From NCBI GenBank assembly GCA_021399345.1, contig JAAFKI010000045.1, positions 32,001 to 96,000 of the forward strand: a stretch of DNA of 64,000 nt. The letters are read 5' to 3'. Under the pieces are notes generated by a model. That model saw only the letters and a list, made by a program, of their open reading frames with translations. It was not told the origin of the DNA and did not search any database. This document shows, in pieces, positions 20,290-30,183 of the stretch; the first letter of the stretch is position 1; the number at the start of each line of letters is the position of its first letter. The translations under genes were made by a program, and so were the position numbers. The DNA is from Candidatus Heimdallarchaeota archaeon (GTDB lineage Archaea; Asgardarchaeota; Heimdallarchaeia; Heimdallarchaeales; Heimdallarchaeaceae).

Positions 20290-22080
20290 ATGAAATCCAC
20301 AAATAAAGTACAAAATAATAAATTTGTATTAGATACTAATTTCTTTATCAGTGGATTTGAAACAAATCCTTCAGAATTTGCGTTATTCCTAGAAATAATA
20401 ACAGAAATGGGGATTGAACTTTTTGTTACAAATAATATACTGCAGGAAATTCGCTGGTATCTCCGCAGAAGAATCAAGCCCCCAATTCAAATCATAAAAA
20501 TCCCAATCAAAGAGATTAGAGATTACAGAGAGAATTTAGACAAAGAAGAGCTTTCATCACCTCAAATTAATGATTTATCAAATATAGTAGCAGCAAAACA
20601 AGTCAATGCAGTTGTGGTATCAAGTGATTTAAAGCTTGTAAAAACTTGTGAAACATTAAATGTTCCTGTTTTGATTAGCTCTTCGTTTGTATTCTTACTA
20701 AGAAACACTTGTTCTCATGAAGCTCATAATGAGGTTTTAGAAAAACTCCATGATATTGTTCTATCAGATGAGATAAGACATTCTGTTGAAAAAAGGCAAA
20801 TGTTTGATCCTGTAACCAGAATTAAAAAAATCCAAGAGCATGCAATCAATGTGCTACAGAATATTATTACTGCAAATCAAATATCTCCAGAAAGGGAGAC
20901 TTCGAAATATCATACCTTAGTAGAAGAGAATAATCTTATCGAACTAATGAATGAATTGGAATTTGAGTTTCCAAATTACATAGAAGAAATGGAGAAGGGG
21001 AATCTTGAAGTTTTAAGGTTAGAACTTGAAGAGGCTTATATTGAACTATCTGATCAATCTTTAGAACTTCGAATTGCACTTCTAGAAAAGGAAAGTTACA
21101 TTGAGGAGTTATCTATTCGGTTAAAAGCTAGAATACTTTACCTGCTTAGTGTAGTTGAGTTTACACTTCTGGATTTTGAAAAATTAGATGGTCATCTGAA
21201 TATTATTACTGAAGTTTCTATAATTTTCCCTAATCTTGTTTCAGACATTTTCATGGACCTGCATTTCCTAAGAATGGTTTATTTTCTAGTCACAGATAAT
21301 CACGAAAGATTGAAAGGATATTATACTGAAAAATTCCTATTTCTATGTGAAAAACAAAATCGCTTAGACTTACTAGGTCTAACTAGAGCTGTTATTTTAG
21401 CATCAACCATAATGGAAAGTGGTTTAATAGATAAAAGGGCAGTAATTGAAGAAAAAGATGAAATTTCCTTACTCATTCAAATTGGTTATATTTTACTGCA
21501 AAAGGAGCAATTTGAACATGCCTTATTGATACTTCTCCAATCACATTACCTTGCTTTAAATCTTGAAGATCAAGTTCTTTCAAAAGATACTTTGGAATTA
21601 CTTGTAGTTCTTCATTATGCGATAAAGGAGCGATGTACAGAAGAAATTTATCAAGGAATTGAAGATTTACAAGAATTAGGAATTTATGAACTTCCAGTAA
21701 TTAGTATAGCAAATATTAATGAATTACAAAGATTAATCTCTCATGAATATGTCCTTAAAGAGGAGTTAGATATCTTTTTGCAAGATTGGTTTTATATCTA
21801 CCAAAGTGGTACTCTCATTAGAGAAGGTGAAGTTTACTCCTTTATACTTCTTAAAAATCCATATTATTCTCCAAGAATAGGTTTAATCCGAAAAACACCA
21901 TTTTCTACTTATGATACGAGTCCTGGAAGACAAGTCAAACTATATGAGGGAAAGGTCAAAGTTGTAATTCCTAAAGAATCTACAATTGGTGGCTTTCCAA
22001 TAGATCTCATTATGCAAGTTGAAGAGAAAGAAGCAAAATTTATTTTCAGAGGACCATTTGGAATGAAAATAATCCTATGA
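20290..22080 (+). CDS. PIN-domain ribonuclease fused to a long helical region
   Basis: FVLDTNF, ILQEI, INDL, VSSDLKL acidic residues; ATG at 20290 follows the upstream stop. Confidence 0.8.
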   Translation: MKSTNKVQNNKFVLDTNFFISGFETNPSEFALFLEIITEMGIELFVTNNILQEIRWYLRRRIKPPIQIIKIPIKEIRDYRENLDKEELSSPQINDLSNIVAAKQVNAVVVSSDLKLVKTCETLNVPVLISSSFVFLLRNTCSHEAHNEVLEKLHDIVLSDEIRHSVEKRQMFDPVTRIKKIQEHAINVLQNIITANQISPERETSKYHTLVEENNLIELMNELEFEFPNYIEEMEKGNLEVLRLELEEAYIELSDQSLELRIALLEKESYIEELSIRLKARILYLLSVVEFTLLDFEKLDGHLNIITEVSIIFPNLVSDIFMDLHFLRMVYFLVTDNHERLKGYYTEKFLFLCEKQNRLDLLGLTRAVILASTIMESGLIDKRAVIEEKDEISLLIQIGYILLQKEQFEHALLILLQSHYLALNLEDQVLSKDTLELLVVLHYAIKERCTEEIYQGIEDLQELGIYELPVISIANINELQRLISHEYVLKEELDIFLQDWFYIYQSGTLIREGEVYSFILLKNPYYSPRIGLIRKTPFSTYDTSPGRQVKLYEGKVKVVIPKESTIGGFPIDLIMQVEEKEAKFIFRGPFGMKIIL

Positions 22081-23052
22081 TTCTAACCATGATTTGATTG
22101 TTTCAGTTAGTTCTTTATTTGTAAAAGGATGTCGTTTGATTTTTTCAATTATTTGACTTATATCATGTCTTCTTTGAGTTGCAAGGACACCCATTTCCAT
22201 TAATGCATCTCTGGCTTTTGTAAAAGCTTGTATTAGCTCATCTTTATCAGACTCAACATAGACAACTGACATCAAATTTTCATATACTTGCTCTGGGGTA
22301 AGACTCCCCCAGTTCTTTGATATATCTGTCATTTCAGCAAACTCTGATGAGATAACAGCAAAACCCCTTCCAACCTTCTTAATGAAATTCTTTTGCATTA
22401 ACCTAAAAATTGCTCTTGAAATATCTTGAGGTTCAATTTTTAATTTTTGGTTTATTTCATCTTCAGTCAAAGGCATTTCTGCTTTGAGAAGAAGTCCTAG
22501 AATTTGCTGATCTGGTGTTCCACTTTCACTACAATGAATAGCTAAATCTCTTAGTGAAGAAACAAAGACATCATCTGTTGGTTTTTTGTAATAGGCCATT
22601 AAAGTATCAACAAAATTGTTAACTGGGCCTAAATCTAACTCAGGAATATTTGAAACACTTGATTCGCTAGGAGGTTCATGAAGTGGGGTTGGAGGACTAG
22701 AAGTTGTTTGTGATGAGCTTTCTTGAAGAGTATTAATTTCCATTTCTTTCTGCTGAACAGTTTTTTGTAGTTCATGTTCTCGATCGCTTCTTGCTTTCTT
22801 GTCTTGCTCAAAGAACATTCTTTCTTCTTCTACTCTCTTAGAATATTCTTGTAATTCCAAATCTTTGTTTTGTATAACTTGATTAAATTTTGAAATTTCT
22901 ACTTGCAGTTCTTCAATTCTATTGGACTGAGTAGCAATTCTTTGTTGCAATTGCTGTATAAACTGCTGTTGAGCTTGAGTTCTTAACTTTGCTTTCTTTG
23001 GATCGTCTTTAGAATTTTCGTCATCAAATGGATTATGAACCATCCCATTCAC
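22075..23052 (-). CDS. Coiled-coil, Ser/Pro linker and winged-helix protein
   Basis: Q/E-rich coiled coil; LTEDEINQKL...ISRAIFRLMQKNFIKKVG winged helix. Confidence 0.75.
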   Translation of the reverse strand: MNGMVHNPFDDENSKDDPKKAKLRTQAQQQFIQQLQQRIATQSNRIEELQVEISKFNQVIQNKDLELQEYSKRVEEERMFFEQDKKARSDREHELQKTVQQKEMEINTLQESSSQTTSSPPTPLHEPPSESSVSNIPELDLGPVNNFVDTLMAYYKKPTDDVFVSSLRDLAIHCSESGTPDQQILGLLLKAEMPLTEDEINQKLKIEPQDISRAIFRLMQKNFIKKVGRGFAVISSEFAEMTDISKNWGSLTPEQVYENLMSVVYVESDKDELIQAFTKARDALMEMGVLATQRRHDISQIIEKIKRHPFTNKELTETIKSWLES

Positions 23053-23145
23053 CTAACTTTTCTTAAGAACCGTATCAAATAAAGTTATTCATTTAGTGCT
23101 TAGGAGTTAACAAAAGAAGCAATAAAAATTGCCACTCTGGATTGT

Positions 23146-23766
23146 TTACTCAAGGTTCAATATCTCTTTGATAATCGTTTCAAAGCTTGTCTGATTTTCA
23201 TCCAAAGTAACATAGGGCCAGATTCTATTTTCAGTACTCATCACATATTCAGCTAGAGCTATTACGTCTCCAACACCATAACCAAGTTCTTTCTTGTTTC
23301 TAGCCAAGAAATTGTCGAAGTTTCTTAGTAACTCATCTTCTTTTGCCTTGGCACCTTTTGTTTCTTCAAGACGATCTGGATTGTCAAGCCTTTTGAACCT
23401 AGTTTTCATAGAAGTATGAAAAGCAATTACAAATACATTATCATTACCATAATGTTTTCTTAATATTTCAACCTCTGAAACAGCTCTTATTCCTGAGATA
23501 AAAACACCAGGGATTTCACTTGAAAGTTTATCTATTTTTTTCATTAACCTTTCTGTAAAAAAGCTATCTGAAATCTGCTTACATTCATCAGTAACCTTCT
23601 TAATATTTTCAGGTGTGAATTCAAAACCTCTACTTGTCACTTCTTCTAGAACTTCAGTACCGGTTTCATACAAGGGCATACTATATTTAGGCCCAATTAC
23701 TTTAGCATTTGTTGTTTTACCACTTAAAGGCAACCCAGAGAGAACTACTATTTTCACCAATTTCAC
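23146..23766 (-). CDS. P-loop kinase, UPF0200/dephospho-CoA kinase-like
   Basis: GLPLSGKTT, SGIR..EV, RF.RL, ELGYGVGDVIALA. Confidence 0.8.
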   Translation of the reverse strand: MKLVKIVVLSGLPLSGKTTNAKVIGPKYSMPLYETGTEVLEEVTSRGFEFTPENIKKVTDECKQISDSFFTERLMKKIDKLSSEIPGVFISGIRAVSEVEILRKHYGNDNVFVIAFHTSMKTRFKRLDNPDRLEETKGAKAKEDELLRNFDNFLARNKKELGYGVGDVIALAEYVMSTENRIWPYVTLDENQTSFETIIKEILNLE

Positions 23767-23778
23767 CTACAGATATTT

Positions 23779-23850
23779 TGGCCAGAGAGCTCACTCTCGT
23801 CACCGCTAGCCATAACATTGCTCAGAGAGGTCTATGATAAGCTCTGGCCA
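23779..23850 (-). ncRNA. K-turn hairpin RNA (H/ACA-like guide or 5' leader)
   Basis: 9-bp terminal stem TGGCCAGAG/CTCTGGCCA; internal CTCT-CTGA...GGTGACG-AGAG K-turn; TTTAAA box ~25 nt upstream on the - strand. Confidence 0.6.
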
Positions 23851-23911
23851 TATATACTAAAAAAAGGACATTTAAAAAATCAGTGGTTGAACGTTAAAAG
23901 AGAAAAAGTGA

Positions 23912-25135
23912 TTAAAGGAGTCTCTTTTCACCTTCAATTTTCCTTATATCAGTTATATCTTGTGTAACTTCTAGAACGCCCAAGTATTCTCCAGTTTTGT
24001 TTCTAACAGGAAAATATCGAATGAGAATAAATCTATCTCCTAACTCTAACCAGAATTCAGCTTTGTCAAGAGTTTTGTTTTTAAATTTATCAATGATTTC
24101 CATCACTTTGTCTACACTTCTGGAAGGATGACAGTTTTCAACTAATCTACCTATTACACTTGGTGTTCGAATAAATACTCTATCTGGACCTTCACTGTAA
24201 AATTTCACAACATCATCTTTATCAACAAATGTTGTATCTATTGGGAGTGTTTTGAAAATCTGTTGGACAATTTCCAAATCCAAGATTCCATTACCTAAAT
24301 CAACCTGTTTTTCATCAACCATAACAGGTTTAGATACCTCTTCTACTTCATCCTTTACAGGTGTAACTTCAGGAGAAAGGAAGAAATATCCAATATCATC
24401 AAATTGCTTTCTTACATCAACCCAATCTGATTCTTTTAGGAGTTTCATAGCTGTTGGGAACAACACTTTGTTCTCTTTTGGGAAATGACTTGCTAGCATT
24501 TCAGCTAAACCATGAGCATAAAGATGGAATTTTTCAAGAAAAATTGGAAATTCAAGTTCATTTTTGTTCTTAACTAAACTGATCAGATTTTTCTCCAAAT
24601 CTCGTATTCGATCATGGTCAATCCACATGATTTTGGGGGGTTGTGTTACACCATATTTTTCTAAGTATGGAAATAGAACATTTTCTTCTCTGAGATAATG
24701 ATCTTCAGATTTTTGAATCATATCAACTATACTCTCAATCTCAATTAATTCATTGATAATTTCGGGAAACCTATTTTTCTTGCTGATTTCTTTGTAAATA
24801 TCTCTCAATCTATTGACTTTTTCTAAGAGTATTGTGTGTTCTTGCATAAGAATATTAATTGGATGCCCTTCAGGGGCCAAATCTTGTTCTTCTTCAAGTG
24901 TTTCTTGGAGAATTGCTAAATGAACATCACACATATGATGTATTTCTTCAATAGGCATACCTTCCTTTATGAGTTGTTCCTCAGCTTGAGCAATTTCATA
25001 AGAAGAGAGATTTTTAATAACATCTTTAAACTCTTCTTTTACCTTTTTAGGATCTACTCCCTCGTGTAATTTCTTGATGAGTTTTTTAATAGCTTCTTTA
25101 TTCTTTATAGATTTTTCACTTACTTTCTCGTGCAT
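23912..25135 (-). CDS. DUF438, hemerythrin-like and PAS domain protein
   Basis: EIAQAEEQLI, MCDVH, GHPI..L..EH, HYLREENVLFP, ENCHP. Confidence 0.9.
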   Translation of the reverse strand: MHEKVSEKSIKNKEAIKKLIKKLHEGVDPKKVKEEFKDVIKNLSSYEIAQAEEQLIKEGMPIEEIHHMCDVHLAILQETLEEEQDLAPEGHPINILMQEHTILLEKVNRLRDIYKEISKKNRFPEIINELIEIESIVDMIQKSEDHYLREENVLFPYLEKYGVTQPPKIMWIDHDRIRDLEKNLISLVKNKNELEFPIFLEKFHLYAHGLAEMLASHFPKENKVLFPTAMKLLKESDWVDVRKQFDDIGYFFLSPEVTPVKDEVEEVSKPVMVDEKQVDLGNGILDLEIVQQIFKTLPIDTTFVDKDDVVKFYSEGPDRVFIRTPSVIGRLVENCHPSRSVDKVMEIIDKFKNKTLDKAEFWLELGDRFILIRYFPVRNKTGEYLGVLEVTQDITDIRKIEGEKRLL

Positions 25136-25160
25136 TTCTAGTCAATCCAATGTTTTTTAC

Positions 25161-25208
25161 AGTTTGAGAGAGCTTTATAGCCCCTATACGAGCTCTCTTT
25201 AGCAAACT
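25161..25208. promoter_or_regulatory. Intergenic hairpin/inverted repeat
   Basis: Nested arms AGTTTG/CAAACT, AGAGAGCT/AGCTCTCT and TATAG/CTATA. Confidence 0.5.
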
Positions 25209-25295
25209 CTAAATAAATATTTAGTTGGACCCAAACTTATGTTTATCGAAATAAAACAAAGAGAGATTTTTTATTGGTCGAATAGAAGATTTTAA

Positions 25296-26030
25296 ATGTC
25301 AGTAATTGGGCTGAAAAACGAGATTCAAAGGTGGGTTTTTCCTATGTTTGAAAAAGCTGATAATCCCGATAAAGAAAAAGAATTCATTGAAGTAGATGTA
25401 GATAGTGAGCCTGAGGAACAAGTTTCTCAAGAGGAAATAAAGCTCATTCCAGAAGAGGTTGAAAAAAATCATCTATCTGTTGAAATACTAAATCTTGTAA
25501 ATAACAATCAAGTTGATGAATTAACTGAAATAATCTGGACTTTAAAACAAGAATTAAGGGAAGCGAAAATCAAGCAAGACGAGTTTCTTTATACAGCTCA
25601 AAGGGTTCAAGCAGATTTTGAAAATTTCAAAAAGAGAATACAAAAAGATCAAGAATTCTCCAATTATCGCGTTAAAAGTAGCATTTTGCTAAAACTTACA
25701 ACCCTATATGATGATTTAGAGAGAACTCTCACAGTTTTGAATGAGAATGATGATTTGAAATCTTCTAAAGAAGCAATTAAGATGATTTTTAACAATACAA
25801 AATCCACTTTCGAAACTTTAGGAATTGAACCCATAAATCCAATTGATGAGATATTTGATTCAAAATATCATGAAGCTCTTTACACAGTTGAAGATGCTAA
25901 AAAAACTAAAAACCGAATAATAGAAGTTGTGTCAAAGGGATTTATGTTAGAGGGGATTTTACTAAAACCTGCAAAAGTTGTTATTGCTAAACCTCCTCAA
26001 GAGAAGAAAGAGGACGAGGATAGTAGTTAA
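25296..26030 (+). CDS. grpE: Nucleotide exchange factor GrpE; likely start 25344
   Basis: RVQADFENFKKR, DDLER, FD.KYHEA, KGF.L....LKPAKVVIA. Confidence 0.93.
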   Translation: MSVIGLKNEIQRWVFPMFEKADNPDKEKEFIEVDVDSEPEEQVSQEEIKLIPEEVEKNHLSVEILNLVNNNQVDELTEIIWTLKQELREAKIKQDEFLYTAQRVQADFENFKKRIQKDQEFSNYRVKSSILLKLTTLYDDLERTLTVLNENDDLKSSKEAIKMIFNNTKSTFETLGIEPINPIDEIFDSKYHEALYTVEDAKKTKNRIIEVVSKGFMLEGILLKPAKVVIAKPPQEKKEDEDSS

Positions 26031-26155
26031 GTTTTATTTCATATCTTTGTAGGAAATTTTAATTAATGGATTGATTATCAATATGATAATAAGATTAGAA
26101 TTAACTTATAGTTTCTATTACAACTATAATAAATAAACTCTTTCAAGGTATTATC

Positions 26156-27196
26156 ATGAGTAAATTAGGTATTGTATCCTATGGTTCGTATATCCCCAAA
26201 TATCGTATATCTATTGAAGAAATAGCTAAGGTTTGGGATGACGATCCTAATGAAATTATCTCACAGTTACAGGTTTTTAGTAAATCAGTTCCTGGACCAG
26301 ATGAAGATGTAGCTACGATGTCTGTTGAAGCAGCAAGAAATACAATAAGTCGATGGAAGGGGAATCCTCAAGACGTAGGTGCAATCTATGTTGGGAGCGA
26401 ATCTCACCCTTATGCAGTTAAACCTACAGCTACAATTGTCGCAGCAGCTATTGATGCTGAAAAGGAATTAACTGCTGCAGATTTGGAATTTGCATGTAAA
26501 GCTGGAACTGCTGGGATGCAAATGTGTTTCGGATTAGTTAAGTCTGAAATGATAAAATTTGGTTTAGCTATAGGTTCAGATGACAGCCAAGCTAAACCAA
26601 GAGATCCTCTAGAATATACAGCTGGAGCTGGAAGTGCAGCTTTTCTAATTGGTAAGGAGAGAGTTGTAGCAGAGCTAGAAGGGACGTATTCAATTACTAC
26701 AGATACACCAGATTTTTGGAGAAGAGAAGGAGCAGTATTTCCTTCTCATGGAAATAGATTTACAGGACAACCAGCATACTTTCAACATACTGTTGATGCT
26801 TCCAAAGGATTAATGGAAAAACTTGGAACCAAACCTTCAGATTATAATCATGTCACGTTTCATCAACCTAATACTAAGTTTCCTCTTACAGTTGCAAAAA
26901 TGCTAGGCTTTACAACTGACCAAATTGATATTAGTTTAATATGCAAAAACATTGGAAATGCATATTCCGCTTCATCAATGCTAGGATTAGCACATATCCT
27001 TAACAATTCTAATCCAGGAGATAGAATATTTATGACTTCATATGGCAGTGGAGCTGGAAGTGATGCGTTTTCATTTTCAATTACTGATGAGATTGAAGAA
27101 CTCAAATCATATCCACTAACAGTTGAACATTATTTGAACAACAAGGAACAAATTAACTATGGTAAGTATTCTAGATACAAGGGGATATTGAGGTGA
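26156..27196 (+). CDS. Hydroxymethylglutaryl-CoA synthase (archaeal type)
   Basis: GSESHPYAVKP, EFACKAGT, DTPDFWRR, HQPN, SYGSGAGSDAF. Confidence 0.95.
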   Translation: MSKLGIVSYGSYIPKYRISIEEIAKVWDDDPNEIISQLQVFSKSVPGPDEDVATMSVEAARNTISRWKGNPQDVGAIYVGSESHPYAVKPTATIVAAAIDAEKELTAADLEFACKAGTAGMQMCFGLVKSEMIKFGLAIGSDDSQAKPRDPLEYTAGAGSAAFLIGKERVVAELEGTYSITTDTPDFWRREGAVFPSHGNRFTGQPAYFQHTVDASKGLMEKLGTKPSDYNHVTFHQPNTKFPLTVAKMLGFTTDQIDISLICKNIGNAYSASSMLGLAHILNNSNPGDRIFMTSYGSGAGSDAFSFSITDEIEELKSYPLTVEHYLNNKEQINYGKYSRYKGILR

Positions 27197-27200
27197 TGAT

Positions 27201-28382
27201 ATGAGTAAAAGAGAAGTCTATATTATAGGATATGGTATAACTAAATTTGGTGAGCACTATGAACTGAATCCAAGTTCTAGCGCATCACAAGCTCTATCTA
27301 AAGCTATTCAAGATGCAAAGATTAGTAAGGATCTGATTCAAAGTTTATATTTTGGTTCAATGGTTTCAAATAGGAACAATCAGTCTTACATAGGAGGAAA
27401 AGCTTGTAGAGAGTGTAATTTGAACATACCAATAACTAAAGTTGATGTAGGAAATGCAAGTGGAGCTGGAGCTTTTCATCAAGCTTTCATAGCTATAAAA
27501 AGTGGTCTTCTAGAATGTATTGCAATACTAGGTACAGAGAAATTAAGTGATTTTGTCAATAGTAGTACACTGGAAAAAATTCTTGGAGGTACAATTGATT
27601 ATCAATGGGAATTTGAGCAAGGGGCCACTTTAACAAGTCTGTATGCTTGGATGTCTCAAGCTCATATGAAGGAGTTCAATACAACCATGGAACAATTAGC
27701 GTCAGTTCCAGTCAAAAACCACAAGAATGGAGTGAATAATCCAATCGCTCAATTCAGACGTGAAATCTCATTAAAACGATTTCTCAGTGCAAAGAGAATT
27801 TCACCCCCTATAGGAAGATTTGATCCTGCAACCCACTGTGATGGTAGCGCTGCAGTAATAATAGCTTCCAAGGAATTCGTGGAAAACCACTCAGAAATTG
27901 AAAGAAAGGTTAAAGTTGTGGGTTCAGCTCAAAGCTCGGATAAAATATCATTACACCATAGGGAAACCTTATCATCACTTCTAGCAACCCAAATTACCTC
28001 AAAAAAAGCTTATGAAATGGCTCAGATTTCGTCGAAGGATATTAGTATTGCCGAAGTACATGATTCATATCCGATAGGAGAGATTCTAGCCATAGAAGAT
28101 TTGGGATTCTTCCAAAAAGGAGAGGGCGGCAAAGCTACAGTTGAAGGAAAAACTCAACTTAACTCAGATATTAGTATAAATACCAGTGGAGGTCTCAAAG
28201 CAAGAGGGGATCCTTTCGGTGCAACAGGAATCGCTCAAATTATTGAAATTGTCCAGCAAATGAGAAGAGAAGCTGATAAGAGACAAGTTGATGATATAAA
28301 GTATGGTCTAACACAGAATGTAATGGGGACTGGAGCAAGTGTTTTAGTGCATATACTTTCAAATATGGAGGATGATAAATAA
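27201..28382 (+). CDS. Thiolase-family protein with substituted catalytic residues
   Basis: GITKFGE, DGSAAVI, EVHDSY, NTSGGLKARGDPFGATG; Cys motif reads VGNASG. Confidence 0.9.
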   Translation: MSKREVYIIGYGITKFGEHYELNPSSSASQALSKAIQDAKISKDLIQSLYFGSMVSNRNNQSYIGGKACRECNLNIPITKVDVGNASGAGAFHQAFIAIKSGLLECIAILGTEKLSDFVNSSTLEKILGGTIDYQWEFEQGATLTSLYAWMSQAHMKEFNTTMEQLASVPVKNHKNGVNNPIAQFRREISLKRFLSAKRISPPIGRFDPATHCDGSAAVIIASKEFVENHSEIERKVKVVGSAQSSDKISLHHRETLSSLLATQITSKKAYEMAQISSKDISIAEVHDSYPIGEILAIEDLGFFQKGEGGKATVEGKTQLNSDISINTSGGLKARGDPFGATGIAQIIEIVQQMRREADKRQVDDIKYGLTQNVMGTGASVLVHILSNMEDDK

Positions 28383-28771
28383 TGGAACCACCCAAAATAT
28401 GGAGAGAGAGAAGAGAGAAATATCTAGCTTTGGGAATCTTATGTCAGGAATGTAAAAGGAAGAGTTTTCCAATCACTCTATATTGTCCTCACTGCTCTAG
28501 TGAAAATATTTCAGAACTGAAACTTGCACAAACAGGGAAAATTCTTCATTTTACAAGAGTAACTCAGACCGCAGAAGAATTGATGTTGTATGCGCCTTAC
28601 ATAATTGGTCTTGTTGAATTAGACGATGGCATCAAAGTAACTGGACAAATTACTGATACCAAACTTGAGGATCTTACAGAAGGAATGAAAGTTCGAATGG
28701 TTTTCAGAATTTTATCAAAAAATGGTGAAGAAGGATTAATCGGATATGGATTTAAGTTTGTACTTATCTAA
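28382..28771 (+). CDS. DUF35/ChsH2 zinc-ribbon OB-fold protein
   Basis: CQEC..FP...CPHC, PY.IGLVELDDG, GYGFKF; translationally coupled to the thiolase. Confidence 0.93.
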   Translation: MEPPKIWRERREKYLALGILCQECKRKSFPITLYCPHCSSENISELKLAQTGKILHFTRVTQTAEELMLYAPYIIGLVELDDGIKVTGQITDTKLEDLTEGMKVRMVFRILSKNGEEGLIGYGFKFVLI

Positions 28772-30181
28772 TCACTGCTTAATATGTACAAAAGATTGTG
28801 CCTTCAATCCTATTGACTGAATTTGCAGTCTAGCATTATCAACTTCATGTGCATATTGTTGGTCTCCTCCAACAAAAAATCCATGAACACCACCTTGAAA
28901 CTTATCCTTTACTACAATGAATCCTAAGCCACACCCATTTCTCTTATCATCACAATAAACTACATATGAATTTTCTTTTGTTAGTTTGAGATCAAGATTA
29001 AGATGTGATACAGCGTAATTTGGGACTTGATGTACAATACTAGTATTAGAACAATAGGGGCATTTTGGTGAATAGAAACCTTTTAACCTTTTCTTAGCTT
29101 CATTGAAAACTTTAGTAAACCAGTATCCAGATGATGTCTTCAATAAACCGCTCATTTCAAGATTTGAAATAGAACTTAATTGTGGAAGTGCAGATAATTC
29201 TTCAATTGTGGCAACTTCTAGAAGCAACCTAAAACCCTTGGTTGTTGTCTTTATGACTATTGGATGTTCAAAATGATCCTCTACAAATTTGTTATCTTTA
29301 GGAACATAAGGATTCATGTAACTTTTATCCTTATCAATTATTGAAATATTGAAGAATATAGCTTTAACTGTAGTTGGGAACTTATCTATTTTTGTCCCAA
29401 AATGATAAACTGCAAAGTCCATAAGTTTGGGATGAACACTGTCATCTGGTTCATCTACAACAAAAACCATCATTTGATCATTTTGAGTAAGAGTGAGAGC
29501 TAATGGTGGAAGAGTAGGTTTATCTAAATGGACAGATTTCATTATTCCAATTCTTCTAGATGCCAATACTTCTTCTATTTCAGTTATTGCTTGTTTGATA
29601 TGGATCTCTGGTTCATGATCAATTGGTTCTGAAACCTCATATCCTTGATCCATTAACGATAGTTTAAAATCCTCATTCCAGAATTCCTGTAGCCAATCCC
29701 AAGGAAGATAAACTACGTTCTTCTTCTTATACCATGTTTTAGATTCTCTAGCATCCCCATCAAAATAATAGTAAAGCGGATGATTTCTAGAAGATTTTTC
29801 CATTATAATAACAGGAACAGCTTTCATTCCTTTGAATTTGTCACAATAAATTGGATCCATTCCTGAATTTAAAGATAAAACACAGCTTAATAGCTTTAGA
29901 GCTGGTTCTTGAAGTTTAGCTTCAATTTGATCATCTGTTCCTTTAAATGGATCAGATGCTTCTCCACTTCTAGCGCGAATAGTTAAGAGTAAATCATCTT
30001 TGTACGCACACATGATTACTCTCTTGTAGCTTTCATAAAAATCAACGTTTCTTGTATAAATATTACACATCTCAACAGTAAAGCCTTTGTCTTGAAGATA
30101 TGCTTCAACGAGCTTCATAAAATTTGTTTTAAACAAGCTCATGGAGGTATATCTGTAATTGTTACAGATAAAGTTTATCAT
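28772..30181 (-). CDS. Hypothetical protein with C-terminal zinc ribbon
   Basis: CPYC...C......GCG; otherwise unrecognised. Confidence 0.65.
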   Translation of the reverse strand: MINFICNNYRYTSMSLFKTNFMKLVEAYLQDKGFTVEMCNIYTRNVDFYESYKRVIMCAYKDDLLLTIRARSGEASDPFKGTDDQIEAKLQEPALKLLSCVLSLNSGMDPIYCDKFKGMKAVPVIIMEKSSRNHPLYYYFDGDARESKTWYKKKNVVYLPWDWLQEFWNEDFKLSLMDQGYEVSEPIDHEPEIHIKQAITEIEEVLASRRIGIMKSVHLDKPTLPPLALTLTQNDQMMVFVVDEPDDSVHPKLMDFAVYHFGTKIDKFPTTVKAIFFNISIIDKDKSYMNPYVPKDNKFVEDHFEHPIVIKTTTKGFRLLLEVATIEELSALPQLSSISNLEMSGLLKTSSGYWFTKVFNEAKKRLKGFYSPKCPYCSNTSIVHQVPNYAVSHLNLDLKLTKENSYVVYCDDKRNGCGLGFIVVKDKFQGGVHGFFVGGDQQYAHEVDNARLQIQSIGLKAQSFVHIKQ

Positions 30182-30183
30182 TA

